A DNA stretch of 64,000 nucleotides from the human T2T-CHM13v2.0 reference genome, Homo sapiens, in NCBI RefSeq assembly GCF_009914755.1, contig NC_060930.1, one strand, 5' to 3'. The notes beneath the pieces were generated by a model. The model was not told where the DNA came from, made no database searches, and saw only the letters and a program-made list of their open reading frames with translations. A program made the position numbers and the translations under genes. Shown in pieces: positions 41,880-53,166 of this stretch (the stretch's first letter is position 1; each line of letters starts with the position of its first letter).

Positions 41880-44171
41880 CTGGCATTTTTCAGATTTCAG
41901 AAGATTAAAAAAGAGACAAAGTTATCTTGTTTAATATATGTATCTATGCAATGAAGATTTTAAGACCTTAAGATCTTTCTGATAACAAGAGGAATTCTGG
42001 GAAAGAAATATCATACAGTATAGGCCTAGACAGTATCCCCAAAGACAAAACTCAAGGTTTCAGGTGAGAGTATATTATGTGTATATCAGCAAGACAACAG
42101 ACACTGTGAGATGCAGGGAGACATCTGATAGACCTTTTAAAAGCTTAAGCGGGAAATTTTGCTGAGTTGTTTTTCTTGCATCTGTAGTCATAGCAGTATA
42201 GAGTGGGACCAGAGGACCCAGCTGTCAAGTGGAGGTGTTTTCATGGTCTATTAAGTCGACCAAACTCCTTCCCAACCATATCCCAACCTCCCTCAGAGAT
42301 ACCCGATCTAGGTGACCCATCCCCAAAGGGCTGCTCTTCTTGTTCTCGTGGCCCTATTCTCTGGGGCTTTTTACCACAACACACTCTGCACTGGGAAACA
42401 TGGGCATTCCACATGATCACCCCCTGATGCCACTCTGTCTGCTAGCCAGACTACACGTGCATTTATATTCAACCTCTGCCGCCTTGACTTATTACTGTTA
42501 TTGTTTTTATTGCAAATGTATTTTGAGTCTCTTGGCCACGCTGCGAGAGAAATCAGGGCGCGCTTCTGGAGCAAAATGTGGGTTCCTCCCCTGGAAGTCT
42601 TTTCTGGCCCCTCCAGGTTGAGTTACAAAGCTCCTTCTTTATGTTCCCATGACCTCTTATTCATTTTTACATGTCATTTCACTTGCTCTATATTTTAATG
42701 ATTTATCTACTTGGCTATTTTCCTCACTAAATTCTGAACACACAGTACAGAGACAGAATATTTTTCTTTCTATTCCTAGTGCCTGATGCATAACAGTAAC
42801 TCAATAAATATTCCAATGAATGAATTAAAAAGTCAACTGAATCCCTGACCACTCACAATTAAGCGTAAGTCCCTTCCCAATTGTGTTATTAGCTTAAAAA
42901 GAAAAGAAACTTTAAATTCTTTTTCTGTCATAAGAAGGAAGAAAAGAACAAGAACATTTTTGCCTATGAAGAATAAACAGTACTTTAATGACCGAAGTAC
43001 TAAACATTACAACGAGAAGCATGCTCATATTTATCACATTTAAACTTACCACTTAAAAAAAAAAACAAATGTTTTAAGGGGTGTTACTTTGAAAAGCATT
43101 ATACCGTCATACTCATTAACAGAAGAGAAAATACACTCTTAGGGGAACTTTTTTTTTTAATGATAATGCATACTGTAGAGAATGATATTTAATTAACAGA
43201 TAAACATATTTCAAGTGCTAGTACATTTGCCTGTTCTATCACCAACTCTACAAATAGGATATAGCAAAAAATGAATTGTTGTCCCCATGATAAACATTTT
43301 TTCTTCCTGGAGAAGGGAAAAAAAAAAGAACCCTACAATCAGATTTGTGTGCCTCTGTAATTTAGCTTGATTGCATTTATCTTTACTCCCTCTTATTAAG
43401 CTGAATGCTCTTTTTGTAGCATTCATTCCTAAAAATACACTGAATCAAAAAATCCCTGATAGATTCTGTTGTGACCTAACCACTCAAGTGAATTCATGTC
43501 TTTTACTCAGATTTTGCCCACCCCTCTACACAAAAACATTGGCTAACAAACATGATTCATGAGAGTTTCCTGTTCTCACTATGCGACCAAAGTCAATGGA
43601 TCTACTTCTATTAAAATATTACAATCAACAGACCGACATAAAGAATAAATACATCTCCCCAGAAAAATTAAATTCAGAAGCAATTGATTTGGGCACTGCC
43701 ACAGAATATACAGTTAAGGATGAGAAGTAAAGAGAACAGATAACGTCAGAGAGGCAAAATGCAATCACTCAAGCTGGAAGAAGGTAGCCAGGGCTCAGTG
43801 GAGCAGCCCCAGAGCTCACTTTTACCTGCTGGAGTAGCAGAATATTTACAATTGAAAAAGGCTCAGTGAGAAACACAGAATTCACCCATATTCCAAATCT
43901 TACAGATGATTGTGTCCCAATATAAAATAGACAGTGCCTTTTGTTTTGCATTAAGCTTTAATACAGTAGTACAATGAGCAGTAAGGTCTTTAAAATAATC
44001 ACATATGCATTATTAATCTCAATACATTTCCACCTCATTAAACCACCTAATAATGTGACTAGTAGTGAGGGTACACGTACTAATCATTATCCTTATTATA
44101 CATTTAAGAATAATAACTTGAAATATATCCTTGATTGAAAGGTTTTCTAGAGTTCTTTGCAATACACTTAC

Positions 44172-44183
44172 CTGTTATAGGAA
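44172..44183 (-). CDS. PTPRK: Alternative 12-nt microexon, (V/F)PIT(D)
   Basis: tactgcttcattgggtttaAG|TTCCTATAACAG|GTAAGT; perfect donor, phase 1-1. Confidence 0.78.
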
Positions 44184-46172
44184 CTTAAACCCAATGAAGC
44201 AGTAAAACACAAAAACCAAAAATACGAATCAGTATGAAAAGTTTCTAAGCCCTTTTAAATCAGTAAGTATTAGCATTAAGCAATATTTGAAGTGATTTCA
44301 GAAACTGCATTATAAATACAAAAATGATTGGATGCAAAACTCTAAAGACCACAATCCTAAGAATGATGAAAAATACAACAAATCATTTCTACATCTAATA
44401 TGATTAATGAGATATTTAGCTTTTAAAGAATGCCAATATATTTTTAAAACCAGCTTGACTTTCAAAATTAAATAAAATGTGTAATGAATGTTTATATAAC
44501 TAGACTTTATGACTCTATTGTGTTAAATCTAGCTTTCCTTAAACATGAATATCCTTTTTCACAGGGAAAATTACTATGATAATTATTACAGTTTATAAAA
44601 CTCATACACATCATCTAATTTTCTCTTTATAATAAAACCCCATGAAAAAGGTATGGTAGGAATTATTATACTGTTTTATAGATGGGAAAACAAAGATGTA
44701 AGGTATTTTTATGAGTTCATATTGTAAATCCACAGGAGGACCGAGACTTGGACTTTACATATGTGTAGAAAATTATTGTAAGGAAACTTTTAACATTTAG
44801 GCAACTAATTTTTTTCCAATTAGTTCTCAATATTTTAATTGAAATTTATTTATTAACTTTATACTGACAGCATTCCACAGTGCTTAGCAGAAGATGACAT
44901 TTTCAGAGGCATCTGATGTATCCTTAATGATCCCCAGTGATCATGATTTATGGCTCCTCCCTGTGTGATAAGACCACTCCCTGGGGCAAATCCCCAGTTC
45001 ACTTCCTAACCATTATTGGTGGACATCAAAGGGAGAGTGCAAGTAGAGATGAAGAACATTGACTTTTCAGATTATTTTAGAATATATATCCTTTATAGTA
45101 ATTATAAAATTATAATTTTAAATATTTATTTTAGTAAATAAGAGGTATATTTTACATAACTGAGTTAGTTGTGTTGTTCCAAAATATTTTAAAAATGCAA
45201 TTGAACATTGATTGTATGTATAACAAAAATACAAGCATAAAATATAAGTTAAAGTTTTTTGTTCACAAGAAATGTTAAATATAAATAACAAACATGACAT
45301 TTGGGAATTTACAAGATATATTTATTTGATAGTTTCCATATTTCTTTGGTTAAAGCTTAACTAGAAACGCTGGTAAAATTGATATGGAACCTGTAAACAT
45401 ACAGGCAAGCTGATTACTAATCATTGGTGTATAATTAGTCAAGGAACAGGGTACAAAGTGAAATGAAAAATGAAACCCATTCCATTCTTAAATATATAGG
45501 TAGGTTTAAAAATTAATATAATTTTACATCTGTAAAAGCGTTAATTGTCATTAGTAATAGCATTGTCTTAGATGTTATACAGTGGTAACCCAAGTAGCTT
45601 GTTCTAAATTTCTTGAAAGATAACATTACTTATCAGGTAAGGTTCATGTAGAATGTCAAACCCCACATCAAGATTTTAGCAACTTTACCTACATTAAAAC
45701 ATTCTTAATAAAGACAAAAGCTAGAGCAAATGCACATAATCCTAATATTTACTTGTAAATTTGTTCTTTCGTGGTTATAAATTGGGAGGATTTAGAAACA
45801 TCCCTTTCCATTAGGTAGACTTTTACATATAAACTAGTTATTCAGGCAACATTGCACCCTCAGATGTATGCATTTGGCTTCATTCTACTAATTTTGACAC
45901 ATTAATATTAGTCAGACATTAAGGGCCATGTACTTTTGCTCCAAATCTAACAACCAAGAATTGAAGAATACATTAAATAGCATGCCTTGCTAATTTGAAA
46001 TCCACTAGATCTGATATTGGGTTGAACACAGTTGCTCTCTTTGATAATACCATGGCTGTCTATTTTCAAAACCAAGCTGCCTCCTGCACTGTAAATAATC
46101 TCTATGTGGGCAAACCCATGCAAGGAGGTGTGATCCATGCAATGAAAAGATGATAAAGATTTAGGGCCTCAC

Positions 46173-46208
46173 CTAACACAGCAGTCGGTACAAGTGGATC
46201 ATTGGGCA
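46173..46208 (-). CDS. PTPRK: Alternative 36-nt exon, (L)PNDPLVPTAVL
   Basis: ttttcctgcAG|TGCCCAATGATCCACTTGTACCGACTGCTGTGTTAG|GTGAGG; phase 1-1, open frame. Confidence 0.88.
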   Translation of the reverse strand, partial: CPMIHLYRLLC

Positions 46209-48059
46209 CTGCAGGAAAACAAAGCTCATGAAGGAATATATTGCTCTAAAATTGTTTTTTAAAATCTTTTTTCTTTAAAATAGATTTATGCTTTCTTAAG
46301 AAATATAATTATTAAACTTTCTCAGATTACTGTATTCTGCAAATGTAAAATTTTCTCTCTCAGCTTGGGTTATATCTAAACATCAAGAGAGGTGTATCTA
46401 TAATTATGGTTCAGAACTCTGTTTAATTTAAAAAGCCAGAAGATTAAACTTGACATTAAAAAATTAAAGAAAAAAAAACCCATGTATTTTAGATCTATCA
46501 AGTGTAAGGTATTTAAAGAAATAATTATCTCATATTCATTCCAAATAATTTTTTTCAGTTATCTGTGGGAAATAGATTTAATCCTTTCTCTAAGTTCATA
46601 AGTGGATATTTATAGTTACACTGCTGAATTCAAACTTTCAAATAAGGCCCTAAGGTAGGCAATAGATAGACAAGTTTGGGAGGCATGAATGCTTTCAAAA
46701 CCTTAATTGATTAAATATTAAATTAAGTAGTTAAAGAGATGATACATCTTTATTTTCCGCAAAACTTACTTTCAACAGTAATAGTATTTTACATTTTTCT
46801 CTATCATTTATCTATAGTGAAATAAAAATAAAATAGATCTGAAAGGCCCTGTCATGATTATAACTAAATTCCAAAATGACTCATGTATAGCATCCTTAAC
46901 TACTAATTTGGTATACATATATACATAGAAAATGATGGGCTTCATTTTAGATCCAATAGTTACTGAAAAATTTCTCCAAGCTGAACAATTCAGAAAAAAA
47001 CTTCCCTCTTTACATACAAGCATACAACCTACAAATACTTTGTTTTCAATCTTACTATTACATATGTTCATAGTTTGTACAGGAGATAATACTTATATTG
47101 TTTCTTTGCTTATACCCATGTTTTCCAAACCGGGGTGAGCATATCTCTGCGATCTGAGCCAAATGCCATAAGGCCCAAGTTATACAAGGCCAGTATACTC
47201 AAGAGATATACCTGATTTGCCTGCCTCAAGCATCAGTTTTACTTGAGGATTTGAAGAAACAAAGTTAGGCAATTTCACTTAAATTTAATTAACTTAAACA
47301 GATGCACTATAGAACAGAATATAACATTCATATGAAATTTGAAAATAAACAGTAATATTGATTCTGGGGTAATTATTAAAATCATCTGCTTTTAAATGGT
47401 ACTTCAGTGGAAATATTTTAAAAGCCTTGCCTTCATAGACCAACATTAGGAATTTTCAAGACAGATGGATGGATGAATTTCACTATGCCTTGCAAAACCC
47501 CCAATTCAAGTATACTTTTGGACTTCACACCAGATACTTAAGAGCATGTAGACTAATGTTTCCCTGAGTTAACTTTTTAGTATTGCAATTTTCCAGGAGT
47601 CTACAATATACTACTTTAATGCAATGATTTTACCTATGTCAATAATTCCCAAAAAGAATTACTGTTTCCTCTTATCGCAAAAGAGACTTTCATCTTACAC
47701 AAAGGAAGATGCAAATGGAAAAAGAATTATAAATTCTGACATGAACTAACTTTTTGTAGGCAATCGTGTATTTCCACTTAAAGCAATGACACGTGCTATG
47801 GACTGAGTGGTATATGTTTGGAATATCCCTTGTGATACAGTAATAAAATTCATAGAGTTTGAAGTTAAACTAAATCCAGTATCAATCTTGATGAGAATCC
47901 TTCTTGTAAATTCCATAATATTCTCCATCTCTTTCTCTTCTTTCTAGCTGCTTCTCCCCTCACTTTCCTACTCTCTCTCATTACTCAAAAGGTATCGTGT
48001 AGAATTCAAAGTGAAATGAGTTGTAACATCATTTATTAAAATTTTAATGAAAAACTTAC

Positions 48060-48220
48060 ATCTTGGACTAAAGTTATGTTGGTCCATGAAGGTGATGGAA
48101 AGAGGATCTTCTGCATGCAGAGTGCTCTGATCAGCATAACTTCGATCCATTGCATTCACCATGTGAGTCATCTCCTGCCGGGTATTCCCCATGGCATCTT
48201 TGCGTTTTTTAGCAAGTTTG
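48060..48220 (-). CDS. PTPRK: Juxtamembrane exon (161 nt): KLAKKRKDAMGNTRQEMTHMVNAMDRSYADQSTLHAEDPLSITFMDQHNFSPR
   Basis: cttggcAG|CAAACTT ... AGAT|gtaagt; lies inside ORF 47968..48246. Confidence 0.97.
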
Positions 48221-49804
48221 CTGCCAAGGCAAATACAAAAGGGCATCCTTAGTGTTTGAGGCTTGCAGGAGAGTTAACACCAGCAATAAATAGTCCAGGT
48301 GAGCCCGAGGATAATGTTACAAACATGGTTTAGAAACCCCAAGCACTGGTCACAATTTCAGGAATTAAGTTTGACATTCAAACAATTATATTTGCTCCTT
48401 GCTATAAAAGTATTTTGTCAGATGCATATTTCAATATTCAAGCTGTCAATCCAAATCTCTCATCATTTCCTGTTCTCTTAAATATCATAAAATATAATTA
48501 TATTTATTAAAAGCAAAATAAATACCTCCTTACTAGAGTAATTCAATAAATATTCAAGCTAAAGCCAAGTTTTGATACTCCTGGGTAATTAATTCTTTTG
48601 ATCAACTTTTAGTTCCTTTTAGAAATAACATGACTAACTTTTCAAGTCTGTTTTACTGTAGCCACCAAATTAAAACAGACAAAGACATGTCCCATTCTTC
48701 ATTCTCTGTGCTATTATTAAGTAAAAATGCAATGTGTAGCATTAACATATTTAGCAATATATTTATAACATTAATCAGAAGCTAATCTGAAGACTTTTAG
48801 AATAAGCCACTGCTAGAAAATTTCAAGTACACATGAATATATGGGATTAAATCATATACTGTGTAAGAAAAGTAGTGAGGAAAGTTTTAAAATATGGTAT
48901 GGAAAGACATGAAAATTATCATCTTGGAATATTCACATGGTCAAATATTAAAAATGTGTTTTCTAATTAGAACCACATGGCATACTATCAACTAACTACA
49001 GCAATGCTTTATAAATGCAGAAAGGCATATGATTTAAGGGATTGGCTATTAACAGCATTAGAATTATGAACTACTCAAATATTGGCATGTTTATCTTACA
49101 TATCATGGATGTAAAATATATTTTAGTTCTTGTGAATGTTACACATGTAACATCCAAGAAAAAGGGCTATTAAAGGCACATAAAATATTTAAATCACACT
49201 AACAAGAAAATTTATGTATAAATAAAGGCACTCTAAAAGCTTGTAATAGGCAAATTATGTTACTAAGTTTATGGCTGCAATTCATATTGCCTTGGAAATC
49301 TTTAGTTGTTTTAAGAACACCATTACCTTCACTAGATTATAAGCTAAGCCATTCTTTTCTGATCCTCATTAATATCCAAACCAGAGTAAATGTACTACAA
49401 ATACTACAAAGGCTCATTTAAAAGATTGAGTTTATGTATAAAGGCTTTTCCTTTACAACCTTAATCTAGCAATTGGAGGACTGCTCCAGTGTAGGATATA
49501 TTTTCTCTGAGAATTACAGTACTTGGCCTCAGGGCGGTACATACACAACACACACGACACATGTACACAGCAGATCTGACACTATGTTGTTTAAGATAGT
49601 CATAAGCTAAGATTCGAGGATGCAGATGGCTATTTTAGAAATAATAAATAATGATAATCACAGAATCACAGTATTAGTAATAAGAAAACAATGACAAAGT
49701 GTAACAAGAACTATTACCACCACCAACATAACTACCACTACACCATCACCACCATCATTTATTAGCAACATTTGTGCTATACATTCAAAGAGCTATTAAT
49801 CTTT

Positions 49805-50140
49805 TTCTAGACTTGAGGGTCAAAATCCTTTATGAATATGTAGGTTCAGACAGGTAATATAAATGAGTGCTGCTGTCAGTGGCAAGATACCATAAGGAAG
49901 GGTAATGGCTGTGAAGAACTGGAAAGCAGTTTAGGGGCAACTTGCCTAGGGGCATTTGATCCCACTGTTGAACTTCTCTCTGGCTTAATTTTTTTTTTTT
50001 AAAGACAAGCCATGAATCTGATTGATGTTAATTTTCTTGATTTTCTTCAAGTGATTTTATTTTTTGAAACAGTGTATGGGCCACATGAAACATCATAAGG
50101 TCACATTTAGCCTATGGACTTTCACTTTCCAAACTTCCCA
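49805..50140 (-). mobile_element. hAT-Charlie MER102-like element
   Basis: gagggtcaaaa...caggtaatataaatgag and tatgggccacatgaaaca...tttagcctatggac ends. Confidence 0.5.
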
Positions 50141-50726
50141 CTAGGCCATCATACAAGATGTTTGTTCTTCAACCTGCAACATTTTTTTGCCTGTAATATC
50201 TGGCTAAAATCTGTCTGTTCTGTCTCAGTGTAATAGATACTTCGTCAGGGAGGGTTTATATGCCTGACTCCAAAGCAACCTTTCTCAAATTAGGCTAGGT
50301 ATTTTCTATACTACCACATTCTTCCCCTGTAATGAGTGTTATTGATTGATAGGTGCAAATATCTTTCAATTGTTTTCCCCACTATGTGCTCCACAAAGAG
50401 AAGGATGATCTGCATAGCCTTGGCACTTGACGCAGTGTCTGGCACATAGCAGGCTTCAATAAATACTTGTTGAATAGATGAATTAGGCCTGTTATATACT
50501 TGGCACTTTTCATTTGTTAACTCAATTCTCAGATCAATCTGCTGAAAAAGGCACAAGGATTCTAATTGTATAGATAAGTTCAATGAGGCTCAGGGGAGTT
50601 AAATAACTGGCCCAAGGTTATTTATCTAATAAGCAATGAAGAATGACCTGGTTCTAAAGGCTAAGCTCTTACGCTGTATCTGGTTGCTTACACTTTTTAA
50701 ATTGACACATTTCAAAGTGGCACTAC

Positions 50727-50790
50727 TTACTCTAGCAGTTGAACACTAGTTAATATACACCAGTATTTACTCTAGCAGTTGAACACTAGT
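50727..50790. repeat. Perfect 24-bp direct repeat, 40-bp period
   Basis: ttactctagcagttgaacactagt at 50727-50750 and 50767-50790. Confidence 0.9.
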
Positions 50791-53136
50791 CGTTACAAAT
50801 TTCAGCAAAATATATAGAATAAATATTTTGCCATTTGTAAATTTTAAAACAGCAAAAATTGCTTTAGGAAATAACTTTCAATCTTTGTTTCTGGGATAAG
50901 AAGAATAAATTCATTTCTCAAAAAATATGAGAGACTGAATTGAATAAAAATAGCACAAACTGAAATTTGGATTCAGAACAATGTTAAAATTTTGAAGATG
51001 AGCAGTTCAAAGCCAATAGAAAAGAAAAATTTAAACCCTGAGGCTTTACTTTAAAATATGTATAATTTATATGTAGTTCATGATTGGAGAAAAACAATAA
51101 GTAATGAATTTGTCAAATGCATGACAGGTTAAAATTTTCATGCAATGAAGGACTTTAACTTTTCAGATTCACAAACCTAGATTAGTTGACAAATTATGGG
51201 GAAATATGACCTTTGTAAATATCTGCCAGCCATGAATTATCACCTTGGTTTTTATACCTCAATCCTCACAACAACCCTGTGAGGTAGGCTTTCATTCAAG
51301 TTCTTCTAAAACAAAGAAAAATTGACATCAGTGTTAAGTGTTTTGATCAAAAACAGATAGTAACTATGACAATGTCAATGAATATTAGCTCAAAGATCAC
51401 ATCTGGTTTTCTTTTAAGCTCTTCTCTAATTTATATCTATTTTTATCTTTAAAAACCCCTCTAATCCAGATAAGCATCACTAGGTATGGTTAAGCAGCCT
51501 TTAAAAGCATATCTCTGTGATAATATCTGTAGTTATGATTAAAATTACCAGTAGCCCCATGTACTATAATAATATTAGTATAACCTGTTACGTTGTCTGG
51601 AACACAGAAATGTTGTCTATCCACCAAAAAAGGGAATCTCATTTTAACATCAGAGCTACATCAATGGTTAATGTTAAGCTTATTGACAGTCTCATAATTA
51701 AATACTTAGTGATTCCAGTATGTTTGATGCTTTGTCTCCTCCTGAGTAACTAGCATACATAAAGTGCACTTCAGAACAGTTAAGAAATTCGTTTTGCAAC
51801 TACTTTGAGTTTGACAGATGTGCAAATGACTTTCATTATCAAAGCAGCCAACAGCACAAACTTCTGCAGGTGGATGTATGGGTGGGCCATAAAGGGGGAA
51901 AGTGCTCCATCATTGTATGAAATGGCACAGTTGATTATCTCTGGCTTCATCAAACATAATTTAACAAGGATATTATGATTCATCACAATAAGTTAGGAGC
52001 ACTGTTAGTGTACAGCTACTTGGTTTAGCAGATTTTAGGAAGCAAAATGTTTATAATATTTAAAATGTTGGCAGAATTGTGTTATAGTCATGGAGAATGG
52101 AGACTCTTATAAAGGTTTTGCTGTAAAGCTAGCTTGAATTTATCTAGTGATTTAAATGCTGTGGGATATGTGCCCCAAACATTCTTAATTTCAATCTTTA
52201 AACCTTGAAAGCTGGCGGATCAAATACTGGTCAAGCAAAGTCCAAGAATGCTTTGCTGTAATGTTCCTTTGATTTGGATGAAAAACTACTCTGGCATATA
52301 AGGTGATAAGCTGAAAAATGACTCAGGAAATAGAATGGACCATCTTCTCCATCCTTATCCAAATGAACATATCATGCTTGAGTTTCGGAAGAGTTACAGA
52401 CTCTGGAAGAGAAAAGGAGCAATGTGATGCCTATATCTGTTCCTAGTTGACAAAGGTTTTTTTGGCTGTAGTTTTAGAAAACATTTGTCCTACTTAAGTT
52501 ACAATAAACTCATTTTTTTCCTCTAAAAAGAATTTTTATTTCTTTGTTGCTGCAACACCATGGTTTTTCTACTTTTTTTTCTTTAACAAAAGCACAATGA
52601 TTGCCTTAATGGCCGGACCAAAGATGTTCTGAAGCTATAACCCATCTTGGATTCCTAGAAATACGGAGAAAGATGTTATCACATGCAGACCTGAACTAAT
52701 TTGCATCCTGTAAAGGCATTTTGAGTGTTCCATAAATACACCACTTGGCTCATTTTGTCAGACATGACAATGCTACATAAAGATAGTGATTTGTGAGTTA
52801 CAACCACTATCTCTTCTTTACCAGATGAGTGAAGTGCCATATTGCTAAGATAAGGTACAGGTTTAACTTTAGTAAATAAATTATGTTTTTGGCTCTAGAC
52901 TAAAGCTACTTATGGAAATTATAACTAAATTAAAAGTAGCTGGACATACAGAAATACAATATCCCTTTTTAAAAAGATTGGCAAAATAGGTGATAGATAA
53001 AGTTTATAGTTTTAGAGTCTGAAAAAACTTTTTTTTTGAAATGTCACCAAAATTGCAAGCATTCTGTTTTGTTTTTGAAAAGGGATACTGCATCCTTAAC
53101 ACACGTAAAGTTGTACATCACCCATTTTCTACTTAC

Positions 53137-53166
53137 AGGTAGTAGGAGTAAGAATAGTAGCTCCTC
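53137..53166 (-). CDS. PTPRK: Alternative 30-nt microexon giving (R)RSYYSYSYY(L) in the juxtamembrane region
   Basis: ttgcttgccAG|GAGGAGCTACTATTCTTACTCCTACTACCT|GTAAGT; 30 nt, phase 2-2, no stop in frame. Confidence 0.88.

Noticed and set aside
43769-43951. Possible extra exon ending at CAG|GTAAAA near 43827
   Set aside because: No convincing paired acceptor or phase match, and no PTPRK-like peptide.
45947-46138. 63-aa ORF just downstream of the 36-nt exon as an alternative terminal exon
   Set aside because: It is not in frame with read-through of that exon (which stops at a TAG near 46101-46103), has no clear acceptor and no recognisable homology.
49700-49760. (CAC/CAT)n run as a possible His/Thr-rich coding exon
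   Set aside because: Low-complexity microsatellite without splice signals.
50727-50790. Repeat-spacer-repeat as a CRISPR-like array
   Set aside because: Only two copies, in a mammalian intron, with no cas genes; a simple local duplication.
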